DNA of 64,000 bases from Lama guanicoe (taxonomy: Eukaryota): positions 2,133,026 through 2,197,025 of the forward strand of contig MU053933.1 of NCBI GenBank assembly GCA_013239625.1, written 5' to 3'. The position numbers and the translations under genes are program-made. The notes below the pieces were generated by a model. That model did not search any database. It was not told the DNA's origin and saw only the letters and a program-made list of their open reading frames with translations. Positions 23,076-34,646 of the stretch are shown here, piece after piece (the first letter of the stretch is position 1; every line of letters starts with the position of its first letter).

Positions 23076-26000
23076 AGGAAACTAAATATAAATAATTAGG
23101 AGGTTAAAAGTAAAAGAAAGGAGGAAGATACCCCATGTTAACCCATGGAAAGGGAGCTGGAGTGGCTACGGTAGTGTCAGAAAAGTAGAGTTCAAGGCAA
23201 AGCACCTAAGGGTAAGGAGGCTCATTTTATACTGATAAAGTGTTCAGTTAACCAACAGGACATACTAATCTAAGGCTTCAAAATGCACAAAGCAAAACTG
23301 ATAGAACTGTAAGGAGAGACAGACAGATCTCAGAAAAGCCAACACCCCTGTCTCAATAACTAAGTAGCAAGTAGATGGAAAATCAGTAATGCTGTGAGAC
23401 ACCTGAACCACACCATCAGCAGACTTGACTTCATCAACATTTCTAGAACCTTCCACAGAGCAACAGTAGAGCACACGTGTAAGCACACATGTAACAGGTA
23501 TTAACACATATCCTGGACCACAAAATGCATCTCAATAAATTTAAAAGTACCTGAAACATACAGCGTATGTTCTCTACCAACAGTGGACTTAAGTTAATAA
23601 TCAAAACCATAACGATCTTTGGAAAATCCTCAAATATCTGGGAATGAAATAGCAAACTTCTAAACCCATGCATCAAAAAGAAATCAAAAGGTAAATTAGA
23701 AAGTATTTCAAATTTCATGAATATGAAAATGCAATCTGTCAGAGTTTCTGAGGTGCAGCCAGGGCAAGACTTAGAGGGAAATTAATAGCACTAAATGTCT
23801 ATACAGGCAGACCTGGACTGATTGCACTTTGTTCTATTGCACTGTATAGATGTGTCTTTTTTTTTTTTTACAAATTGGAGGTTTGTGGCAAGTCTATTGG
23901 AGCCATTTTTCCAAGAGCATTTGCTCAGTTCATGTCTCTGTGTCATATTTTGGTAATTCTTGAGATATTTCAAACTTTTTCATCATTATTACATCTGTTA
24001 TGGTGATCACTGATCAGTGATCTTTGATGTTACCACTATGGCTCACTGAAGGCTCAGATGACAGTTAACATTTTTTAGCAATAAAGTATTTTAAAATTGA
24101 AGTATACACATTTTTTCTTAGACATGCTGTTGCTCACTTCATGGACTACAGTGCAGTGGAAACATAACTTCTGTATGTACTGGGAAGTTGAGACTCAGTT
24201 TATGGTGACGTTCATCTCATCACAGTGGTCTGGGACGGAGCCTGCAGCATCTCTGAGGTCTGCCTGTGCTAGAGAAGAAGAAAGGCGAGCTCATCTTCCA
24301 CCTCACAATCTACTAGAAAAAGAAGAGAAAATTAAACTCGGTGTAAGCAGCAGACCAGCGTAGAAGCCAATGGGGGAGAAAGAAAATAAAACAGAGAAAC
24401 CTATGAAACCAAGAACTAGATCTTTGAGATTATCAGTAAAGTTGATAAATTTCTGTCCTGACTGATCAATAAAAGGAAGAAGACACAAATTGCCAGCATC
24501 AGGAATGAAAGAGGTGGCGTCACTTCATACTCCATATTGACAGGATGAAGAACTTTGTGTTGATTCAACAGATTAGATGCAATGGGAAACTACTTGAAAG
24601 ACAGAAACGACAACATTCAGTCGAGGAAAAGATAACCTCAGTAACTCTGCATCCATTAAAAATTCAACAGCATATACAGATGATAATGTGTCATGAGCAA
24701 GTGAGATTTATGGCAAGGACACAGGTTGATTTAACACTTGAAAGTCAATCAATACAATCTACCATATTAATAGACCAATACAAATATTCTTAATAGATGT
24801 AGAAAAGAATTTGGCAAAATCAAATATCCATTCCTGATAAAAACTCTCAGTAAACTAGTAATTGAAGGAAATGTCCTTATACTGTTAAGGGCAACTACGA
24901 ACTACACGACAACACTATTCTTAATGGTGAAAGGCCAAGGCTCCCCCCTGAGATCAGGAGGAGCAGGGATATCCGTGCTCAGGCCTCCTGTTCCTCTAGT
25001 GTTGAACTAGAGCTGGCCAGTGCGATTAGTCATGAAAACGGCGTGAAAGACGTCTAGACTGGGAAGAAGGAAGTGATAAGCTTTTTATTTACAGATAACT
25101 TGATTGTACACACAGAAAATCCTGAAGCATCTACTAAAAACTTACTAGAACTAGTAAGAGAATTTAGCAAAGTTCAGATAAGTAGACAAAAATCAATTCT
25201 ATTTCTACGTATTAGCATTTAACAAAGAGAAACTGGAATTTAAATACTGTTTACAATAACATAAAAATGCCAAAGATAAATCTGACAAAAGATGTGCGAG
25301 ATCTGTAAACCAAAAACTATAAAACACAGATGAAATAAAGAAGGGCTTTAAATAAATGAGAAGCTATACCATGTCCACTGACTGGGATGCTCAATATTAT
25401 CAAAGTGTTCATTCTCTCAGACTGATCCACAGATTCAGTGCAATTCCAAACACAGTCCTACTCAGCTTTCTGGTAGAAGTTGTCAAGCTGATCCTAAAAT
25501 TCATGAGGAAATGCAAAGGATCTTGGATGACCAAAAGAACTTCATGAAGGAACAAAGTTGGAAGATTTATATTACTTGACTTCAAGAATCCTTATAAACC
25601 TACAGTAATGAAGACAGCTTGAAATATTTGCATAAAAATAGACAAATAGACCAACTGAACACAGAGAGTACAGAAACAGACTTGTGTATGTCCAGACCAC
25701 TGATATTCAACAAACGGGCAGAAGTAATTCAGCAGAGAAGGGATTATTTTTTCAACAGTCCTGGAAAACTGGACATCCATTTGCACAAAAAACCCCCACT
25801 TTGAATCATATCTCACATTGTATACCAAACTAACTCAAAATGGGGAATAGACTCAAATGCAAAACCTAAAATATAACATCCTTGTGACTTTGAGTTTAGG
25901 CAAAGATGTCTTAGATATGACACCAAAAGCATGATTCATAAAAAATAAAACATTGATATATTGGTCTTCATCAAAATTTAAAATTTCTCCTTGAAAAACT

Positions 26001-26880
26001 TTTAAGAGAATGAAAAGACAACCTACAGACTCAGAGAAAATATATATAAATTGCATATCTGATAAAAGATTCGTATCCAGAATATACAAATAATTCTCAA
26101 AATTCAACAGTAAGAAAGCAACTCAATTAAAAGTGGTTAGAAGGTTTGAGCAGAACACTTCCTTAGAGATGGCAAATAAACAGTTGAATAGATACTGAAG
26201 TCATTAGTAAAATACAAATTAAAACCACAATGAGATAAACTCCCACACACATGTGAGAATATCTAAAATTAAAAAGCCTGATCATACCAAGTGCTGGTGA
26301 AGATGTGGAGCACACACAGTACAGGGGTGCAAAACTTTACAATCACTTTGGCAGCTTCTTAAAAGCTGAACATAAGCTACCATATGATCCAGCCATTTCA
26401 TTCCTAGATATTTACCTAAGAGATACAAGCGTATTTGTCCCAAAAAAGACTGTGCACAACGTTCATATCAGCTCTATTTGTAAGAGCCAACAACTGGAAA
26501 CAACCCAGATTTCCATGAGCAGGAGAGTGGATATGCAAACTGCGGAACATTCATGCAATGGATCAACACTCAGCGATAAAAGGAATAACCACTGACAAAC
26601 CCATCAGCAGGAGTGAACTCAAATTAACTAAATTAACTATGCTGAGTAAAAGAAGCCAGAGAACATGCACAAAATGGAAGGAAACGCAACCAGTGACAGA
26701 GCACATCAGTGCTTGCCTGGTGATGAGGGTCAGAGAAGATGGACCACAAAGGGGAAACAGATATTTACTGCTGTGACTGAGGTGATGGTTTCACAGATGT
26801 ATACAAATGTCACAACGTATGAAATTTGGATATGTGGTTTACAGAGTATAAGTTACACCACAATAAAGCTGTTTCAAAGA
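23076..26880 (+). mobile_element. Degenerate LINE-1 (ORF2 remnants to 3' end)
   Basis: About 3.8 kb A-rich; ORF2-like peptides (LIHRFSAIP, KLILKFMRKCKG, HKNRQIDQLN, LPYDPAISFLDIY) broken by stops and frameshifts. Confidence 0.9.
23804..24266 (+). mobile_element. Internally deleted Tigger1-like (TcMar) DNA transposon nested in the L1
   Basis: Perfect 11-bp terminal inverted repeats CAGGCAGACCT / AGGTCTGCCTG; TA on left, TG on right; L1 resumes on both sides. Confidence 0.85.
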
Positions 26881-27029
26881 ACCCTAAGGATGGCTCAGGT
26901 CTACCTTAAATGCCCCGACCCCCACATTCCCAGCGTTCCTCTGGGTGCGCATGCAGAGACCCTAAGACACAGGTGGGAGGTGGAACACGAAGGGACCCAG
27001 GTGGGCGGAGACCTAATCCCATTAAACAG

Positions 27030-27910
27030 CTTTGGCGGCCGCTGGCACCCGGCCTTCGAGGGACACACAGGAGGGGGTTCGCTCCGACCCGAGGGTCTCT
27101 AGGCCCCTCGGGCATCCCTGCGCCTGGGCCCGGAGATTCTCCCCAGTGCGGGGCGGGGCTGGACTCTATCAGGGGCGGGGCTCTGGGCCAGCGGTCCGGC
27201 CCACAGCCCATGGACACACCCTCATCTAAAACCCCACCCCAGGCCCCGCCCCGTGTAGCCTCTGCAGCCCCGCCCAAGGCACGCCCCTTGCCCTCAGGTC
27301 CCCCTGTTGTCCAGGCCCCGCCCCTTCCCATCGTTCGCCCGCGGGCCCCGTCCCTAATTCTCAAGCCCTGAGTCGTCCAGACCCCGCCCCGCTCCGGACT
27401 CCAACTCGCGGCACTGGCTGCCCCCCAGGCCCCGCCCCGTGTAGCCTCAGCTCCCTCCCCCAAGGCCCCGCCCCTCGCCTCCTAACGTGGGCGCAGGCCT
27501 CGGGTGGCCGCCGCGCCCGGGTGTGGCGCCAGGTCGGGTTCAGAGCGGCCGAGGGCCTCGCGCACGGCAGCCTCCGGACGCGGCCGCGCAGGTAAAGCCC
27601 CCGCCCCGCCCCGCCCCGGGAGCGTGGACACTGCAACCCCGTTCATCCACCGCCCAGGAATCCCGAGGGTCCTTGGGGTCCGGGGCTCGGGGATCCCCAG
27701 GTCCCGGGCCGGGGTCCCCGACACCGCGCCCCGCCCGCTCAGGCCCGGCGCGGCCCCGTCACTCCACGCCCAGCGCGGGCCGCGCGCCCGGGGCTTGGCT
27801 GTTTCTCTTTATTCGGTTCCCTTCTTTTTCAAACATTATTGGAATAAAAGGCGCCGACTCCAGTGCCGGTGCCGGTGGGTGACTGTTCCCCTGAGGACCG
27901 ACCGAGGAGC
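27030..27910. promoter_or_regulatory. CpG island / GC-box promoter of LRRC3
   Basis: Very high CpG density, many CCCCGCCC Sp/KLF boxes at 27240-27475, NotI-type GCGGCCGC sites, no TATA box seen. Confidence 0.9.
27490..27591 (+). other. LRRC3: Probable LRRC3 non-coding exon 1 (start approximate); exon 2 acceptor at 28408/28409
   Basis: Strong donor CAG|GTAAAG at 27592 in the island; acceptor ctgattactctttttcttttag| with branch-like CTGAT 160 nt upstream of the ATG. Confidence 0.7.
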
Positions 27911-28568
27911 GCTTTTGTTATGATAATTTATAAAGGGATTGTCGGAACTAGCAAAGGGATGAGCTTCTGACAGCAGCCTAGCCCCGCGGCGATGAGGGCG
28001 CCCTGGGTTCCCAGCTTCCCAGCCGCAGCTGGCGGTCTCCCCTGCATTCCAGTTTCCTAGGAAAACCCTGCAGCCCCGTCTTCCTGGTTTCCAGCCCCAA
28101 GGAACTAGGAGGGGGTTGACCCCCATCACCCGTGCTGCCCAGGCCCAGGCCCCTAGGGTGTGCAATGGGTGTGTCCAGGGAAGGGTGGCAGGATTCTCAG
28201 ACCACTTTGCTGTGCACTGGCCCTCAGCCAGCGGTCAGCACGACCTTGCTCTTCTGGGTGGCAGTGGGAGTCTCCCAGAGTAAGTTACACAGGCCCCCTC
28301 TGGTCAGACACTTTCGTTTGCCTGTGACATCTCCCTGGAGGCCAAAGTGTGCCCCCTGGTCTCCAGCTGGACCACAGCCAGCGATGCTGATTACTCTTTT
28401 TCTTTTAGAACTGAAAAGAGCGCCGTTCTTCCTGGCACGTGAGGAAGGAGAGTTTATGTCTGTATGGGATGGTCACTTGCGCAGCGGAGGCCAGGGAGTG
28501 GGGGAGAGTGGACCCCCAGCAGTGAGTGAGCGCAGCGGGCTGCCTGTCCCCAGACGCTCGAGGTCAGG

Positions 28569-29342
28569 ATGGGCCCCACAGGCAAACAGAGTCCCTCGTC
28601 CCTGCCGGTCCCCACGGGAGGGTCTTGCCTCCTCCTCCTCTTCTGCCTGCGGTTGGGGACCTCTTGCCCACAGAGCTGCCAGTGCCCTGACCACGCTGGG
28701 GCCGTGGCCGTCCACTGCAGCGCGAGGGGCCTGCAGGAGATCCCCAAGGACATCCCTGCCGACACTGTGCTCCTGAAGCTCGACGCCAACAGGATCGCCC
28801 GCGTCCCCAACGGAGCCTTCCAGCACCTGAACCAGCTGAGAGAGCTGGACTTGTCCCAGAACGCCATCGAGAGCATTGGCCCCGCCGCTTTCTCGGGCCT
28901 GGCCGGGGGTCTGCGGCTGCTGGACCTGTCTCACAATCGCATCCGGAGGATTCCGAAGGATGCTCTGGGCAAGCTCAGTGCCAAGATCCGCCTGTCGCAC
29001 AACCCGCTGCACTGCGAGTGTGCCCTGCAGGAGGCCCTGTGGGAGCTGAAGCTGGACCCCGACTCCGTGGATGAGATCGCCTGCCACACCTCGGTGCAGG
29101 AGGAGTACGTGGGGAAGCCACTGATCCAGGCCCTTGACTCCGGCGTCAGCTTCTGCAGCATCCACCACAAGACCACCGACGTGGCCATGCTGGTCACCAT
29201 GTTCGGCTGGTTTGCCATGGTGATCGCCTACGTCGTGTACTATGTGCGCCAGAACCAGGAGGACGCCAGGAGGCACCTGGAGTACCTGAAGTCCCTGCCT
29301 AGCACCCCTGTGTCCAAGGACCCCATCAGCCCTGCGCCTTAA
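28569..29342 (+). CDS. LRRC3: Leucine-rich repeat-containing protein 3, 257 aa, type I membrane protein, single coding exon
   Basis: Signal peptide, LRRNT (CPQSCQC), LRRs (LKLDANRI, LDLSQNAI, LDLSHNRI), LRRCT (NPLHCEC), TM (VAMLVTMFGWFAMVIAYVVYYV), tail RQNQEDARRHLEYLKSLPS; strong Kozak aggATGg; position between TRPM2 and TSPEAR distinguishes it from LRRC3B/C. Confidence 0.97.
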   Translation: MGPTGKQSPSSLPVPTGGSCLLLLFCLRLGTSCPQSCQCPDHAGAVAVHCSARGLQEIPKDIPADTVLLKLDANRIARVPNGAFQHLNQLRELDLSQNAIESIGPAAFSGLAGGLRLLDLSHNRIRRIPKDALGKLSAKIRLSHNPLHCECALQEALWELKLDPDSVDEIACHTSVQEEYVGKPLIQALDSGVSFCSIHHKTTDVAMLVTMFGWFAMVIAYVVYYVRQNQEDARRHLEYLKSLPSTPVSKDPISPAP

Positions 29343-32300
29343 TGCCCACTGGCTCGAGCAGCCCGAAGCCCATGTGTCTCCCATCACTTTTGTAGCAGAT
29401 GGTGACTGACTCTTGCCTTTGATGTTCCCTTGGTGAGGTGGTGACACGGTTGCTTCTGTCCAGTACTTCCTGATTACACAGCACTTTCCCTTAGGGCAGC
29501 GAGTGGCTGTAGCAGCCTTCAGGCCAGGTCATTTTACCGTCAGCCCCGGGGCGGAGAGATGGAGTATCGCAGCCGGAGACGACCCGCTGCGATGTAAAGC
29601 CGGGCAGTCTGTCACCATGTTCAGTGTCCCTTCCACTCTGGTAGCCTGTCCCCGGGGCACCCAAGCATTCAGACAAGAGTGAGTGTGTGCCTTGATTGAG
29701 GCTCCCTGAGGACAGTGGGTGCCTTCTGTCATTTGAAGGCACAGGTGATCCTGTATGTGGAACTGACTTGCCTCTGCGTCCCCAGTGTTTCCTGAACACG
29801 TTTGACCACAGCACTCTGTGCAGAGCGAAGCGGTAGAGACCAAGGGTTTTTGGAGAGGTGAGTGGAGTGTCTAACCTTTGAACGACTCTTTGGTTTATTC
29901 TCAGAATGTTTGTTAAGAGTAACACTTGCACCAAAATTTCAGTCCAGGAAGAAGGAAAAAAACAACCCAAACCAAAAAGCAAAGTGTCAAACAAACCCCC
30001 CCCCCCGAAAAACATGGAGAGGAACCTGAGAAGGGTCCACGGTGGCTCGTCAAGGGGGCAGAGTCAAGACAAGCAGGGTCCTGCCTGGCCCCTGTCCTCC
30101 GCCCGCGCCCGCTCGGGGCAGGGGGGCCGTCATCTGGGGTCGCTACGTGCCTTGCTCTTCTGCCCGCTAAAGCCGCTCCTTCCCAGAGGACGGGAGGGCT
30201 GACTGATGTTTCAAGGCCAATCAGTAGGATGACTCCTTTTCGCCAGCAGCAGGAACTCTCTCTCTCCCTCTCCTTTCCAGCTTTGCTGCCAGGAATCTCA
30301 GAGCAACTTTAATGCTCAATTTTCTTACCTACTTCAAGTTCAGGGTAGACCTTACCTCCACCTAAGTAACCCTGACTTGTCCTTCCAATTTTATTTTTTA
30401 CTGGTTTTTTTTTGTATGAGTGTTTATATTTTAAACTAATTCAAATACTTTGGGGGGAAGCGAGAAGGGGTACATCACCTAGGGATCTGAGGGATAAAGG
30501 ACAGAAGCCTTTCTCAGCAGACTCTTGGAAAGGATGAAGACTGAGGGAGGTTTGCACTGGAAGGTGTCATGTGGCTTGCAGCAGGAAACATATCTCGGCA
30601 CACACAGCCGAGACCCAAGAGGCACATCTGAACAAGGTCATGATTTTTCAGTTGTGAGGCGTTAAAAAGAAACAACCAAGAGATGCCAATACTCCCCCAC
30701 ACCCAGGCGCCTCTCTCCTGCTCTCACGGGGGTCTGTGCACAGCCACACGGTGCGAACGGGAGCGTGGGTGGGCGCTTCTCTGCCCACCGTCCCGACCAG
30801 GGGTGCGGCATGGGAGGCAGGGCTCAGGTGATGCTCCGGATGACGCCAGTCCTCACGGAAACGGGCGGCCCGCCCATCTTTCCAGTGAGAGCTAAGACCA
30901 AGCAAGTGGACCTGGGCATCAGTCCACTTGTGGGACAGATGCCACGTGGAGCAGATAAGTGTGGCTGCTGGCTGACCAGGGGAGGCAGGCTCTGTGGGGG
31001 AATTAGGTCTCCCCTCCCCACCCATCCCGGGGTACACACAGGAGGGAAAGGGGCCCTGCCACACCAGGAGCTTGTCGCCTGGTGAGCTCGCCTGGTGGTC
31101 GTGACCCTGGGTCAGGGGAAGAGAGGCTGAGACCTGGCTGGAGGTGGGGGCGAGTGTCGGGGTCCTGCTGCTGCGGCTCACGTCCTGTGGGTGCGGGCCG
31201 GCCTGGGCACCTCGGGGCCTTTCTCTGCTGTTGGGAGCTCTTCACTTGCTCTTAAGCAGAATCAGCCCAGGGCCTGGATGCCGCCCAGAAGCTCTTCTGG
31301 GGGCACACAGGGAGTGGGTGGGCCCCTCCCCTCCCCTCCCCTCCCCTCCCTTCTGCTGGCCCCCAGCCCCCAACCCACCTTCCCCTTGGTGTGGACCTGC
31401 CAGCATCCTGTTCCACCCTGTGGGGACGGGGATGTGGGCCCAGGACCTCGGAGCACACCAGAAGGGCCCCTCTCTGCCGAAGTCCAGAGTCAGGGGCTGT
31501 CCCTCCCTCCTGGCCTCTCTGGGCTCCTCACCCCTCGTGGAGTCTCCCAAGAGAGGATACCTACCTCCAAAGACCACCAGGACGCCAACTGCAGGACCTG
31601 GAAGCCCCTTCCTGCTCATGGGAGCCCCCACCCCTGGTGCCTGGGAGCCCTTGGCTCTCCTGGGGTGCAGCCCTCCCCTCCCCACCTCCCCTCCCTTCCC
31701 CTTCTCAGATTTCCCCTTCCCTCCCCTAAGGGGCTCCTAAAGATGATGTCCTGTCTGCGCCCACCCTGTTCCTTGCAGCTATGTGTGTGCGGACACCCAG
31801 ACCCCCAAAGGCCTCATGCTGACTCCCCACCCCAACCCCAGCACCCATGGGCCCTGTGTGAGCGGGCATTTGACCCCATCTTCTAGTTTTGCAGAGGCCA
31901 GGGTCAAGCCGGCCCCATGAATGGGACCTGTGTTGACAGGGGTGGGGACAGGGCAAAGGGGGTGCCTCAACTGTCCCGTCTCTGTTGGGAGGCAGTGGGA
32001 TGGCAGCCTTTGTGGGAAACAGGTGACCCCTGGCTCTCGTTACATTCCAGGTAAGAGACCTCAAAGAGCTTCATGCACATGGCCTTGCTTACCCCTACCT
32101 GCAAAGCCCCTCTTGCCTTGGGAGGTAGCACTTCACAGGGTCCGGGTGGGATGACTTTGGGGTTCCTCCTGCAGCAGAGGTGTGGCGGGAGCAGACTGGC
32201 CCAAGAACCACCCCACCTGAGCCTCTTTTCCTTCCCGTGGGAGTTGGGGGGCGGCCCCAGGGCCAGAGTGGGGGGAGGGGAGAGGCAGTGAGGGGGTCAT

Positions 32301-33436
32301 GGGGCACCTTGGGGCCCCTTGGGAGCCGGTCCCCCGACCAGGCCACTCGGGTTTGGGATGAGACTTCCTTCTCTCTTGGTCCCTGGCCTTGCCACGGATG
32401 GTCCGCTTGGAAACTGGAGCCTCACCGTTGACCTGACCCTGGGAAGGGATGCCCCACATTCACAGCCTCCTGACACCCCTGCCTCCCTTCCTCTTTGGAC
32501 TTCGGGGCCCTGAGTGGCCCGCCCGGCCATGCCCTTGGGTGGTCTAACAGTAGGGGCGAGCAGGTGTACTGCCGAGCCCCAGCAGGGCCGGCCTGACGTG
32601 CGGGAGCTGTCCCTGGTGGGGTGGACTCCCTGCACAGAGGAGGCTCCCAGCTCTGCTCCAGAAATGCTCCCAGGCCCCCAGGAGGCTGGCGGCAGGCTGT
32701 AGACACACCTCGAGGCTGGGGCTGGGAGGGAGGCGCTGGCACCCTCAGATGTGTGAACTGGCTCCTCTCCTGGAAGGGCCTGGATGCGGGAACCAGGGAC
32801 CACCCACACCGCAGGGCCCCAATTCCCCCCGTCCACCTGCGGGGCGGGTGACGAGTTTTAGCTGTGAGACTAGGGTTAAATGGATGTGCTCTGTTCCTAA
32901 GGGAAAGTTGCTCCAGGTACATGGGGCAGGGTGCACAGGAAAGCAGGGGCCGGTCAGGTTTAGCTCCTCAGCTGGTCGTGTTCACACAGACATCCAAGGA
33001 ACGTGTGCACTCAGACGCCCCCTCAGCCAGGGGTTCCCGCGGGGCCGGCTGCCTTGGACGGCTCCTCCCGAGGGTCAGCAGAGTCCCAGGGCCTCAGCAA
33101 AGCCAGGGCGGGAACGCACAGGCTACCTTCCTGGGAGCTAAAGGCAGCCGAGGTGGCCCGGGGCCTGGGCATTGCCGGGGCCCCGCGGGCCCCTTCCTGT
33201 GCGTTGCTCCCAGGCTCCTTTGCAGCGGGTCCCTTGGATGTGTTTGCATGAGGCTTGGGTCCTGGACTGAGTGACCCGGGGAGGAGGCCCTGCAGACTGT
33301 GGTCCAGGTGGAACATTCTGGACCTGCAGCCGCTCCCAGCCTTGGCGGGAGCTGGGGGCGGTTTCGGGGGTCGTCTTTCCTGCAAGCTTGGCCCCAAACG
33401 CAGTTCTCCTGTCCTCCCTCCTGCCTGTGAACCCTC

Positions 33437-33442
33437 AATAAA
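33437..33442 (+). promoter_or_regulatory. Probable LRRC3 polyadenylation signal
   Basis: AATAAA followed by GU-rich tgtttaaagtctgttgtctgtgg; first canonical hexamer I saw after the stop. Confidence 0.65.
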
Positions 33443-33547
33443 CCTCTCTGTGTTTAAAGTCTGTTGTCTGTGGCCCTGCAGCCCCCACCTCCCCCCAGAC
33501 CCTCCCTCACGGCAGACCTTGGGAGAGCCGGGCTGGGGACGGTGCCG

Positions 33548-33795
33548 TGAGTGCTGGGCCGGCTTGGACTGGCTTGGGCCGGCTTGGACTGGTTCGAGCC
33601 GGCTTGTGATGGCCGATTGTGAACTTTTTAGGACTTTCGTGAGCCCGCTGACATCATGCTGGCTTGAGGGCTTTTACTTCAAGGCAGCCACAGTCAGGAC
33701 CCCCTCTCCTGCCCCGAGGAGGTTGCTCACACGCTGCTGGGGTCCCCTGGGGACCCGCCTGCCCCCAGTGAGCCGATTCTGCATTCACAGCACCT
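33548..33795 (+). mobile_element. Possible hAT-Tip100 (Arthur-like) remnant with a local 20-bp duplication
   Basis: gtgctgggccggcttggactgg...ggccgattgtgaactttttaggactttcgtgagcc; family by eye. Confidence 0.45.
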
Positions 33796-33814
33796 CCCCT
33801 CGACAGGCAAGTTC

Positions 33815-34095
33815 GGGCAGAAGAGTGGTCCCCCAGGAAGTCCGAGTCCTAGTCCCAGGAGCCTGTGAGGATGGGGGAGGGCCGCAGGCCAGGGTGCGGG
33901 CGCCTCTAGGAGCTGGACGAGGCCGGGTATGGGGTCTCCCCTTGAGCCTCTGGGGGGGAAAGCCGCCCACACCTTGGCTTTATCCCAGTGAGACCCATTT
34001 TGTACTTCTGGCCTCAGAATCCTAAGAAAATAAATTCATATTGTTCAGGCCACTACGTGTGTGGTCCTCTGTGAAAGCAGCCTCAGGGACTGACG
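33815..34095. mobile_element. MLT1-like LTR fragment
   Basis: ccacaccttggcttta...cttctggcctcagaa...aataaattcatattgttcaggccacta. Confidence 0.7.
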
Positions 34096-34359
34096 CAGCC
34101 TCCACACAGAGCAGCTGGCGTGGTCGGAGCAGATGGCCACCCGGGCTCCATGGCCACCTTGCTCGTCCTCACCGAGTCCTGATTCCTGGGCTCAGTGTCT
34201 GTTTAACATTGTGGCCGAGTGACCACAGGGCTCACTTCTCCTGTTGGCCTCACCCCCTCTCCTGCGAGACAGGAGCTCCCCCCGGACCAGGGCCCAGGGA
34301 GTGCGCCGGTGGGGGCGCAGTGGCGCTGAAGCTTCCACCCTGCTGGCCCCCATGGTCCT

Positions 34360-34610
34360 CGCACACACCACACACTCACGCTCCACTACACACGTCCACT
34401 GTGTGAACACAGACACAGTCCTACACACACACCTGTACACACACTCATGCACACGTTCACACGTGCACACCAGGCACAAACACTCACGTTCACTGTGCAT
34501 ACACATCAGGCGAGCCCACTCACATGTTTAGTTGTACAGATTCACACTCGTGTTCACACAGGGCCATACACCACACACTGACACACGTCCCCACTGGCAG
34601 GTGCACACAT

Positions 34611-34645
<35 letters not shown>
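34360..34645 (+). repeat. Degenerate CA-rich tract ending in perfect (CA)n at about 34612-34642
   Basis: Read directly. Confidence 0.9.

Positions 34646-34646
<1 letters not shown>

Noticed and set aside
23076..26880. LINE-1 as an active or domesticated gene
   Set aside because: Many stops and frameshifts, no ORF1 or 5' UTR, interrupted by a Tigger-like element.
28215..28408. Weak similarity between 28217-28257 and the LRRC3 acceptor region (ctggMccWcagccagcg)
   Set aside because: The match is about 17 nt and the upstream copy has no AG after its pyrimidine tract, so it is not a credible alternative acceptor.
28473..29447. 324-aa minus-strand ORF over LRRC3
   Set aside because: Antisense shadow of a GC3-rich CDS; no recognisable domain or independent gene signals.
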